A stretch of DNA of 24,044 bases, from the IMG/VR virus record IMGVR_UViG_3300045838_000021, positions 1-24,044 of that record; one strand, written 5' to 3'. The stretch is from a virus (taxonomy: Duplodnaviria > Caudoviricetes). Below the pieces are notes generated by a model. It was not told the origin of the DNA, searched no databases, and saw nothing but the letters and a program-made list of their open reading frames with translations. Of this stretch, positions 1 through 8,347 are shown piece after piece. A program made the translations under genes and the position numbers. The number at the start of each line of letters is the position of its first letter. Positions within the stretch are counted from its first letter, which is position 1.

Positions 1-1
1 T

Positions 2-3000
2 CTGCTCCTTGGCCTGCTCGGTGGCGACGTTGATCTTGTACGGCACCAGGGGGATCCCGAGAGTGCTGAACAGGTTCTGACGGTAGGCCCCGTCGTTCTG
101 GGCCTTGAGCTGCCTCGCCCGCTTGGTGATGCCGAAGAAGTCATCGACACCCCCGAGGGCGGGGATGACCTGCTCGGCGACCGACGCCGGGCTGATACCC
201 GGCCTCTTGCCCACGATGGCCCCGGAGTTGGGATCGATATCGAGCTGGGGGTACAGCTCGGGAGTTCCACCGAAGGTGTCGAGCCCCATGCCCTTGAGGA
301 TCTCGGAGGCGACGGGGTTCAGCCCTCCGATGAGGCCCCACCCGGAGAAGATGTTGGCCGCGTCCCGGAAGGGGTTGATGGCTTTGATGTCGGACACCTT
401 GACGTTGCCGAACTTGTCCGGCGAGCCGATGAAGAACAGCTTCTGGAGCGTGACGGGCAGACCGGTGTTCCAGTCCTTGTTCTCGTTCTCGGCGATGTGG
501 GCCATGACCGCGGCCCGGACCGGGTGGTCGGCCGGGAAGCTGAGCAGGAACCGGACGATGTACTTGGTGAAGCCGTAGAAGGGCAGCCACTGGCGGATGG
601 CCGTGCGCTCGAAGGTGGTCATCCCGTCCCAGTCCACGAAGGTCTTGTGGACGTGCTCGATGGCCAGCTCCCGGGCATGGGCATCGGTGTAGCCCTTGGC
701 CTTGCCCCGCTTCTCCTCGCCCAGGAGCGCGACACAACGCTCCCAGTTGTTCATCATCTCCTCGAAGCGACCCAGGGCCCCCTGCATCTTGGCCAGCCGG
801 GAGCCCGCCCACTTGCCGATGGCCATGTGCATGATCTGGTCCGTGGACATGACGTCCAGGCCCTGGCTCATCTCGGGGGGCATCTCCCCGTTCTTCATCA
901 TCTTGTAGGCCTGGGTGATCGAGGCCACCTCATGCCAGTCCCCGGTCAGCATCATGCCCATGGCCCCACCCACCACCACATGCATGAAGTGCCGGGGGGA
1001 GAGGAAGAACAGACTGGCCTTCATGACCCCGGTGACCTTGGCCCCGGCCTTGCCGATGGGGCTGGACTCATGGGGCCGGGCGGCGTCCTCGAAGGCTTTC
1101 TGTACGTGCTTGGGAACCCAGATGTCCTCGCCGCGCTGGAACCGCTCCAGCCCGTCGATCCGGTCACTGGCCCTGGCGGAACCCTCCTGGCCGCTCCTCG
1201 GGGCCCGGTTGGTCGGACGCTTGAGACCGAACCGCTCGGGGTCGAAGAGGACGTAGTTCTCGTGGATGAGGTCGTCCCAGATCAGGGCGTCGGTCTCGTA
1301 GGGGCTGGTGCCCTTCTTCCCCATCCGCGCCTTGCGGGCCTGGAAGCTGGCTTCGAGGTTGTCCCGCATTCCCTGGGTGTTGACGGCCGCCGGGAGGATG
1401 AACTTCTCGATGGCTTCCCGGACCGCGGCCTGCCGGGCGAACTCGAAGCTGGCCGAGGACAGGGCCACGCCCACGCTCTCCACCCTGGGGGTGAGGTCGA
1501 AGATCTTCCCCTTGAACTGGGTGGGGGTCCAGAGCCGGTCGGAGAACAGGTTCGTGCCGTAGGCCTGGTTGAACCGGGAGAGGGACACGGTGTGGACCCA
1601 CAGCGGGTCGTACCCGGCGCCCACCAGACCGATCCAGCCCCGTTGCACGTCGGCCTTGAGGTCGGCCCACTCCTTGTCGGTGAAGTAGGCCCCGCCGTCC
1701 CCGCGGCGGATGTACTCCAGGGCCTGGTCCAACTGGGGGGCGGTGATCTCCCCGGCCTGGTGCTTCTGCTGGAGCTTGAGCTTGGCCCGGGACTCCAGCT
1801 CCTTCTCCAGCATGGGCTGGAACTGGGCGGGAGCGTTACCCAGGAAGTACTTGAGGAACTGCTGGTTGGCCTCCTCGTTGAGCCTCTTGGCCTGCATGAA
1901 GGCATCGGCGGCCTTCAGGTGGCTGGGGCGCTGCGCGACGTTGCGGAGATCCTCCCGGGCCTTGGCCAGCCTCCTCTGGGCGGCGTCGAAGCGTCGGGCC
2001 GAGTCACCCATGAGCTTGCGCTGGGCGGCCGGTAGCTCGGGGATCGGGGTCATGGTCCGGCGCGGGGCCCTGGCCTGCTCCGGGGCCGGTTCCTCTTCGA
2101 TGCCCTTGGCCCTGATCTCCGGGTTCTCAGCGGCGAAGCCGAAGGCGTCGTGGCCGTACTGGTCGTAGGCCTGACGCATGGCCGCCTGCCACTCGGCCTT
2201 GTTGACGGTCTTCCAGTCGCCGTCGCTTCCGGTCCAGCGATAGACCTGATAGGTCCCGTCCTCGTTCTTGACGATGCGGGCCTTGTCCATCGGCCGCTCG
2301 ACCTTGTCCTCCACGGCCCGGAGATGGTCGCCCCGGACCTCCACCGTGTCAGGGGTGTTGGCCAGATGCCGGGCCACCTGTTCCTTCATGTCGGCCGGGA
2401 AGTCCTCCCAGACCCGGCCGTTGTCCAGGTGGATGGTGACGGTACCCAGGGGCTTACCGGTAGTGGGGTCGTTACCCTCACCGCCCTTGCGCTCCACCCG
2501 GGTGACGGTGGCCCACTCCCCCTGGGACGGGACCCTGTCCCCGATCTGGATCTCGGACATGGGAGCCTGGTGGATGAGCCCGGGGAAGTTCTCGGCGCTG
2601 GGCCCGCGGCTCTTCAGCTCCTGGAGCCGAAGCTCCAGCAGGGTGGCCTGCATGGCCGCCTCGCTGACCCGCTGCCTCATCTCCTCGGGGGGGATGGTGT
2701 AGTCGGCGTTGCGGGGGCGGTCGATGATCTGAGTGCTGTGATGCTCGTCGCCCTTGACCTTGGTGGCCTCGGGGCGGCGCTTGATATGCCGCTTGGAGGC
2801 GTGACCCCCCAGCCAGATCTCTTTGTCCGGCTCCCCCTCGAAGGTCACGTACTTGCCGGTGTTACTGGAACGGATCGAGGCGATGACCCGGGGTCGTGGC
2901 TCTGCCTCACCCGGGTACACGATGGCGTCCCCGACCTTGAGCCCCTTGGTGGTCTCGTACTTGGTCTCGACCTGGGACCAGTCCACCTGGGACCCGGCTC

Positions 3001-5716
3001 GCGCCCGACGACCAAGAGCGAATGCCGCTCCCTCCGGGGTCAGGTTCTGACCACTGGAGGCTTCAACATCAAACCCGGCGGCCTGCGCGCGACGGTACAA
3101 CTCCGAAGCGATCCCCTGACGCTGATGACGGGGATCGACCCCGACCATGATGTCCTTCACCCGTCCGGTCGCATCCTGGGCGAAGTTCAGCGTGCCAACC
3201 AGTTCTCCCTGCTGGTTGCGATAGGTGAAGATGTGGGCCGGTTCGCCGTCCACCGTGGTGTGGATGGCGTCGTAGCCGGGAGGGCCTGACTCCGTCACCA
3301 GCCCCGAATTCCGGACCTCGTTCAGAACATCTTCGGCAGTGGTCATGGCCTCCGTCCGAGGCGTCGCTGCGATCCTTCTCAGCTCTGCCTCGGACGGGCC
3401 CTGAACCTGGATGGGTTGTGGCACGTCCCGGAGCATCTCCCGGGGGACGTGGACCGGGACCTTCTCGTTGGCGTGGCCGGTCTTGATCAGGTGGGTGCCA
3501 CGCTCGCCCTCGGTGTAGCCCCACACCTCGAAGTCGGTGCCCGACTTCTCCACCCTGGTGATGATGGTGCGGGGTCTGGTACCGGCGTAGACCCTGTCCC
3601 GGGTGGACTCGTAGATGGCCATGCCCGGCTTGAGCAGACGCAGGGGCAGATCCCTGGGGCTGGCCTGGGACCAGTCGGTCTCTGCGAAGTTCTCCCTGTG
3701 CGCCGCCAGCTCGGCCTGCATCTGGGCGTGTTGGGCCGAGGCTTGCTTGTACTGGCTCTCAGCTCGCTCCAGAGCCTCTGCGTGGGCCCGACGGGCAAGT
3801 TCAGCCTGCGTGGGCTCGCGGGGCTCTCGGGGCGTTCTGGAGGTCTCTGTGGCCTCTCCAGCGGCATGGACCTGGACGAAGCTCTTGGCCAGGTCCTCGT
3901 TCTTGAACGTGCCGAGCAGGTTGCCGTTGTGCCTGAGGTCCCACCGACCCTTGTGCAGACGGGTGAGGGTGTAGGGCCCCAGCTCCTGTCGCTCCCTCCC
4001 GACACCCCGGTAGTCCTCGGGTACCTGCCAGGCCCCGGCCTTGACGAGGTCGAACTCGCTGGCGCCGCGGCCGGGAGCCTTCATCCGCTGGGCGGCCAGC
4101 TTGGCCTCGGGCAGGGACTTGAACTGACCGAGGATCTGGTTCTGCTCATCGAAGAGGACGTAGAGCCCCTGCTCGGCCCGGAGGATGGACCGGCCGGACT
4201 CACTGGTGAACCAGTTGGGGGAGTCCTCCATGCGCGACCACTTGCCCGGGTCGGTCACTCCCGGGGCGATGGGCGAGGGCTTGATGACCTTCTCCCGGGT
4301 CTGGGTGTTGCCCCAGTAATCGACGTTGGCCTTCTCCCGGGCGATGAGCTTCTCCAGCCGGTCGCGCTCCTTCTCGATCTTCTGGGAGCTTTCGTAGAAG
4401 TCCTCCCTGGCCTTCTCGAAGCCCTTCTGTCTCCTGGTCACCACGTCCCAGAGCTTGCGGGCGGGGGACTCCCGGGTGAGGCCGGGGAAGACCACCTCGT
4501 TGTTGTCGTCCAACCTGGCGGCGAAGAGCGTGCCCTCGGCCTTGCCCCGGTCCCGGAGCATCTTCTCCAGGGACTTGGCGTGGTTGAAGAGGTTCTTCTC
4601 CTCCGGCGTCATGTTGGGGTAGCTCTGGGGGTCGGACGCCTTGCGGAAGAAGTCCTGGACCTCCTCGGGGGACTTGTCCTTGAAGAAGACCTCGGCCTGC
4701 TTCAGGAACTCGTTGCGCTGTCGGTCCACCTGGCGGGTGATCTGAGCGAAGCCCCGCTGGACGGAGAGGTTGTAGTCGTCCAGCTTCAGCCGCTTGAGGT
4801 AGTCCCGGGCCACTCTGCCCGCCCAGTCGTCCATGGCTTCGGGGAGGACCTTGGAGCTGAGGCCCCCGATGGTGCGGTAGGCCGTGGCCAGGGTCTTGCC
4901 CCGGCTCATGGCGTCGTAGACGCGCTCCATCGGGCTGAGGGGGTTGACCTGGTCGGCCAGGGCCGTGCCCGCCACCTTGGAGGCCTTCCAGTCGGCGGCC
5001 TTCTGGGCCACCTCCTCGGCGTCGATCCCACCGATCCTGCCGAGCACGCCCGAGCCCGCCTCCAGGAACTTGCCGAAGGGCACCACCTGGAGCAGGCCCT
5101 CGCCGATGGGGTGCTGCTCCAGCTCCTGGCGGCCCTGACCGGTGGTCATGAGCGCGGCCGGGCCGGTGGCCAGCTCGGCGGCGGCCAGCTCCGGGCCGAC
5201 GATGGGGATCATCTCCGAGAGCAGGGGCATCCAGGAGTGCATCCCCGGGGTGGCGTCGAGTGTCCTCAGAGCCTCACCGAAGTCCCCGCTCACTGCGGCG
5301 CTGAGGGCCTTACCGAAGTCCCCGGGGACCTCCCCGATGTGGGTCAGGTCCTTGACCGGAGTGGTGGCCATCCCGACCAGGGTCTTGGGGATGTTGCGGA
5401 CCATGTCCCCGACGTCGGCGGGGATGTTGTGGATGGCCGCTCCCAGGCCCCCGAGCAGACCGTGGCCGACGTTGGACGGGGGGTTGATCTGCTGCTGGCC
5501 GAAGCCGAGCTGCTGGGCTCTGGGGTCGTCGTGGTAGGCGGCCTGGAGCTGGACCATGGCCTCCAGTCCCGAATAGGGACCGAACCCGGCCTGGACCCTG
5601 TTCCAGTCCTGAGCCCGGACCTGCTCCGCCCGGCTGGTGTCCAGGCCCAGAGCCTGGAGCTGGGCCAGGCGTCCGGCCCAGTTGGACTGGAACTTGAGTT
5701 CGTTGGAGGTGGCCAC
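2..5716 (-). CDS. Giant internal virion/ejection polyvalent protein (>1905 aa, truncated at window edge) with GNAT and SH3-like domains
   Basis: GTG at 5716 immediately follows the upstream TAG (MATSNELKFQSNW...). I found no in-frame stop down to position 2; absent from the ORF track because it has no stop in the window. Contains VDPRHQRQGIASELY (GNAT motif A) and TFVDWDGMTTFERTAIRQWLPFYGF, a motif typical of large podophage ejection/polyvalent proteins. Confidence 0.88.
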   Translation of the reverse strand, partial: MATSNELKFQSNWAGRLAQLQALGLDTSRAEQVRAQDWNRVQAGFGPYSGLEAMVQLQAAYHDDPRAQQLGFGQQQINPPSNVGHGLLGGLGAAIHNIPADVGDMVRNIPKTLVGMATTPVKDLTHIGEVPGDFGKALSAAVSGDFGEALRTLDATPGMHSWMPLLSEMIPIVGPELAAAELATGPAALMTTGQGRQELEQHPIGEGLLQVVPFGKFLEAGSGVLGRIGGIDAEEVAQKAADWKASKVAGTALADQVNPLSPMERVYDAMSRGKTLATAYRTIGGLSSKVLPEAMDDWAGRVARDYLKRLKLDDYNLSVQRGFAQITRQVDRQRNEFLKQAEVFFKDKSPEEVQDFFRKASDPQSYPNMTPEEKNLFNHAKSLEKMLRDRGKAEGTLFAARLDDNNEVVFPGLTRESPARKLWDVVTRRQKGFEKAREDFYESSQKIEKERDRLEKLIAREKANVDYWGNTQTREKVIKPSPIAPGVTDPGKWSRMEDSPNWFTSESGRSILRAEQGLYVLFDEQNQILGQFKSLPEAKLAAQRMKAPGRGASEFDLVKAGAWQVPEDYRGVGRERQELGPYTLTRLHKGRWDLRHNGNLLGTFKNEDLAKSFVQVHAAGEATETSRTPREPREPTQAELARRAHAEALERAESQYKQASAQHAQMQAELAAHRENFAETDWSQASPRDLPLRLLKPGMAIYESTRDRVYAGTRPRTIITRVEKSGTDFEVWGYTEGERGTHLIKTGHANEKVPVHVPREMLRDVPQPIQVQGPSEAELRRIAATPRTEAMTTAEDVLNEVRNSGLVTESGPPGYDAIHTTVDGEPAHIFTYRNQQGELVGTLNFAQDATGRVKDIMVGVDPRHQRQGIASELYRRAQAAGFDVEASSGQNLTPEGAAFALGRRARAGSQVDWSQVETKYETTKGLKVGDAIVYPGEAEPRPRVIASIRSSNTGKYVTFEGEPDKEIWLGGHASKRHIKRRPEATKVKGDEHHSTQIIDRPRNADYTIPPEEMRQRVSEAAMQATLLELRLQELKSRGPSAENFPGLIHQAPMSEIQIGDRVPSQGEWATVTRVERKGGEGNDPTTGKPLGTVTIHLDNGRVWEDFPADMKEQVARHLANTPDTVEVRGDHLRAVEDKVERPMDKARIVKNEDGTYQVYRWTGSDGDWKTVNKAEWQAAMRQAYDQYGHDAFGFAAENPEIRAKGIEEEPAPEQARAPRRTMTPIPELPAAQRKLMGDSARRFDAAQRRLAKAREDLRNVAQRPSHLKAADAFMQAKRLNEEANQQFLKYFLGNAPAQFQPMLEKELESRAKLKLQQKHQAGEITAPQLDQALEYIRRGDGGAYFTDKEWADLKADVQRGWIGLVGAGYDPLWVHTVSLSRFNQAYGTNLFSDRLWTPTQFKGKIFDLTPRVESVGVALSSASFEFARQAAVREAIEKFILPAAVNTQGMRDNLEASFQARKARMGKKGTSPYETDALIWDDLIHENYVLFDPERFGLKRPTNRAPRSGQEGSARASDRIDGLERFQRGEDIWVPKHVQKAFEDAARPHESSPIGKAGAKVTGVMKASLFFLSPRHFMHVVVGGAMGMMLTGDWHEVASITQAYKMMKNGEMPPEMSQGLDVMSTDQIMHMAIGKWAGSRLAKMQGALGRFEEMMNNWERCVALLGEEKRGKAKGYTDAHARELAIEHVHKTFVDWDGMTTFERTAIRQWLPFYGFTKYIVRFLLSFPADHPVRAAVMAHIAENENKDWNTGLPVTLQKLFFIGSPDKFGNVKVSDIKAINPFRDAANIFSGWGLIGGLNPVASEILKGMGLDTFGGTPELYPQLDIDPNSGAIVGKRPGISPASVAEQVIPALGGVDDFFGITKRARQLKAQNDGAYRQNLFSTLGIPLVPYKINVATEQAKEQ

Positions 5717-6445
5717 CTACTGCCCGTAACCGGCGGTCGTCGGGTTGCCCTTGGGCGCGGCAGCCATCTGGGCGGGGGTGGGACCGGGAGCGGCAGGGGG
5801 GGTTGTGGTGCCCGGTGTCACCGGCAGGTCCCCGGCAGTCGCCGCGGCCGAGCGGCTGGCCGTGGGGACGTTCTGGATGTAGGACAGCGCCGCCCTCCGG
5901 CCCATGTCGGGACCCTTCCAGTAGTCCATCACCTGCTTGAGCGCACTGGCATCGTCCTTCAGGCCAAGCTTGTTCATGCGGTCGTAGATGGTCTGCATCT
6001 GAGCCAGCATGGGGGCGGAGGTCTGCTGGATGACGGCCATGAGCTGCTCGGGCTGGATGTACTGACTGCCGGGAGCCGGAGCAGGAGCGGCCGGGGCCGG
6101 AGCAGGCTTCTTCTTGGAGCCACTGCCGAACACATTGGAGAAGGACTGGCCGACGCCGCCGAGGCTGCTCAGGACCCCCCCGAGACTTCCGGGGATCGTG
6201 GCCAGATCGCCGGGGATGGTGGCCAGGCTCGACGCGATGTTCCCCGGCAGGGCGGCGATGGTGGATCCCACCCCGCCCAGACTCTTGGGGATCTCGCCGA
6301 GGCTGTCGGGGATCGTGGAGAGGCTGCTGCCGATCTCACCCGGCAGAGCTTCCACTCCACCGAGGGCCGACTGGGCGCTGTCCTCTACTCCGCTGAGGCT
6401 TGACATCAACTGGTCGAGGAACGAGTTGCCCTTCTTCTTCGCCAT
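5717..6445 (-). CDS. Putative internal virion/ejection protein with amphipathic repeats (242 aa)
   Basis: ATG with upstream GAGGT. G/S/A/L-rich helical repeats and Pro-rich linkers; lies between adaptor and giant protein, like T7 gp14-16 / P22 gp7-20-16. Confidence 0.65.
   Translation of the reverse strand: MAKKKGNSFLDQLMSSLSGVEDSAQSALGGVEALPGEIGSSLSTIPDSLGEIPKSLGGVGSTIAALPGNIASSLATIPGDLATIPGSLGGVLSSLGGVGQSFSNVFGSGSKKKPAPAPAAPAPAPGSQYIQPEQLMAVIQQTSAPMLAQMQTIYDRMNKLGLKDDASALKQVMDYWKGPDMGRRAALSYIQNVPTASRSAAATAGDLPVTPGTTTPPAAPGPTPAQMAAAPKGNPTTAGYGQ
6158..6349 (-). repeat. Two tandem 32-aa (96-bp) degenerate intragenic repeats
   Basis: ALPGEIGSSLSTIPDSLGEIPKSLGGVGSTIA / ALPGNIASSLATIPGDLATIPGSLGGVLSSLG. 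Confidence 0.75.
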
Positions 6446-6449
6446 GGTC

Positions 6450-7655
6450 CTACCTCACCGGAGTGGCTTTGGCCGGGGTGGCGCTCCCGCCCCCGCCGCT
6501 GGGTTGGGACGGAGTGCTGGCCGGGGGCGTCGGGCCGGGGGGAACCTGGCCGGGCAGGCTGCCGGTCTGGATCATGCCGGAGAGCTGCTGGGGCGTCAGG
6601 TTGGACGGCAGGCCCAGCCGGTCGAAGCTGGTCCCGGCCACCTGGTTGATGAGGCTCAGGTTGTTGGGGATCTGGCCCATGGCCAGGGCCGCCTGGCCGG
6701 AGAGGACCTGGGACTGGTTCAACTGGTTGGACAGGCCCAGGTTCTGGAGCGTGCTCTGGAGGCTCTGCTGGTAGCCCTGGCTGGTCAGCCCCAGGCCCTG
6801 GTTCACCAGGTCCAGGCCCTTTATCTGCTGGCCCTGCTGGAAGTTCTGGTACTGGTCGGAGAGGTCCAGGAGCTGACTCTGGTCGCCCAGACCCGTCGCC
6901 TGGTCCCGGAGCCCGGCCATGGTCTCGTTGTAGACCAGACCCGCCTGCTGCTGGGACAGCCCGAGGTTCTGCTTGGACAGATCGAGGTTCTGGCGGGCCA
7001 GGTCGATCTGCTGGTTCTGGTACTTGTTCTGCTGGTTCAGGTCGGACTGGGCCTGGCGGGCCCCCCCGGTTCCGGTCGCTCCACTGGCCGCGCTCTGGCC
7101 CTGCTGCTGAGCCTGCTGGCGGGCGTACTGGTAGGCCAGGTTGGCAGCCTGCTCATCCAGGCCTGTGCCCTGGAGGGTGAGGCCCTGGGACTGGAGCCCG
7201 AACTGCTGGCCCTGGATGCCGTACAGGGCCTGCTGGAGGACCTGCTGTCGCTGGTTGGCCGCGGTGGGCAGGTTGATCTGGAGATCCCGGGTGAGCTTCT
7301 GGATCTGGGGCGTCTGGCCGATCTGGAACTGCAAGGTCTCCCGAGGCAGGGTGTACTGCTGCTGGCCCTGGATCCCGAGCTGGCCGGTTCCGGTATGGGT
7401 GGTGGGATCCCACGTTCCCTGGAGCTTGGCCGCGGCCTGGGCCTGGGCCTGAGCGGCGGCATTCTGCTGGGCCTGGATCCCGCCCTGGGTCCCGAGCTGG
7501 GCGTACTGGTTCTGCTCCTGGCGGTTGCTGCCGGTGATGAGGGTCTGGAGCAGGGTCTGGTAGTCCTGAGGGGACAGGGACTGGGCGGTGGTCCCGGCCG
7601 GGAGCCCGGCCGCGGCAGCGGTCTGGGCCGGATCAGTGGGCGGGGGGGTCGCCAC
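6450..7655 (-). CDS. Gln/Gly/Leu-rich putative DNA ejection (pilot) protein (401 aa)
   Basis: GTG overlaps the adaptor stop (TAGTG). Very Q-rich with 7-residue periodicity (QIDLARQ NLDLSKQ NLGLSQQ); position typical of podovirus internal proteins. Confidence 0.7.
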   Translation of the reverse strand: MATPPPTDPAQTAAAAGLPAGTTAQSLSPQDYQTLLQTLITGSNRQEQNQYAQLGTQGGIQAQQNAAAQAQAQAAAKLQGTWDPTTHTGTGQLGIQGQQQYTLPRETLQFQIGQTPQIQKLTRDLQINLPTAANQRQQVLQQALYGIQGQQFGLQSQGLTLQGTGLDEQAANLAYQYARQQAQQQGQSAASGATGTGGARQAQSDLNQQNKYQNQQIDLARQNLDLSKQNLGLSQQQAGLVYNETMAGLRDQATGLGDQSQLLDLSDQYQNFQQGQQIKGLDLVNQGLGLTSQGYQQSLQSTLQNLGLSNQLNQSQVLSGQAALAMGQIPNNLSLINQVAGTSFDRLGLPSNLTPQQLSGMIQTGSLPGQVPPGPTPPASTPSQPSGGGGSATPAKATPVR

Positions 7656-8347
7656 TACCAGTCCTCGGGGTAGTTGACGAGCCAGCCGGGCAGCCAGCTC
7701 CTGCCCGTCGTGATCATCCCGGCCTGGTCATGCCACTTGCGGGTCATGTCCACCATCTGCCCGAGCTTCTCCTCGTAGATGGCCTTGGCGTCAGTGAAGC
7801 GGGGATCTGCGTCCTTCCGCAAGGCCTGGTACTCGGCGAAGAGGCTGACCAGGTCCCACCACCCCTCGGGGATATCGAGGACGTCGGTGTCGTTGGCCGC
7901 GGTGTTGGGCAGGCGGTAGTACCAGACGTTCAGGTTCCCGGCCTGGGAGGGCACCGGGTAGAGGTAGATGCTCAGGTTCGGGGGGTTGCCCCACAGGGCC
8001 CAGTAGTCGGGGTAGGCCCGGGTCTGGGACTGCTGCGTACCCCAGATGGAATCCAGCTCGTAGAACTGTTTCGGTTCCAGGGGGTAGACCGGGCCGGAGC
8101 CGGGGCCGGGGTCGAACTCCACCCGGTGGACCCTGATCAGGTTCGGGCTGAAGTTGAGGGTGTAGCTCCGGGTCCCGGCGGTGACGGAGATCGTGGACAG
8201 GGTCTGGAGGGTCTCCGTTCTCCGGGCGATGTCCCGCAGGGCGTCGTTGATCCAGGTGTTGAGCTGGGCGTCGGTCCAGAACGTGGCACTGGCCTCGTCC
8301 AGATGGGCCCTCACGTCTGTCCGCATGGTGCTGAGCTGAATCGTCAT
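7655..8347 (-). CDS. Head-tail adaptor/connector protein (230 aa)
   Basis: True start is ATG at 8347 (ATGA overlap, GGAGG upstream), not 9763. N-terminus MTIQLSTMRTDVRAHLDEASATFWTDAQLNTWINDALRDIARR plus YLYPVP and DIPEGWWDLVSLFA are typical of podophage adaptor proteins. Confidence 0.8.
   Translation of the reverse strand: MTIQLSTMRTDVRAHLDEASATFWTDAQLNTWINDALRDIARRTETLQTLSTISVTAGTRSYTLNFSPNLIRVHRVEFDPGPGSGPVYPLEPKQFYELDSIWGTQQSQTRAYPDYWALWGNPPNLSIYLYPVPSQAGNLNVWYYRLPNTAANDTDVLDIPEGWWDLVSLFAEYQALRKDADPRFTDAKAIYEEKLGQMVDMTRKWHDQAGMITTGRSWLPGWLVNYPEDW

Noticed and set aside
2-5716. Giant ORF as a siphovirus tape measure protein
   Set aside because: No tail tube or tail assembly chaperone genes precede it; it follows nozzle/adaptor and carries globular cargo domains, fitting an ejection protein.
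497-7673. Long plus-strand ORFs (497-2035, 2150-3289, 3416-6403, 6114-7673) and similar ones elsewhere
   Set aside because: Antisense shadows of GC3-biased minus-strand genes; L/G/V/P-rich translations without motifs.
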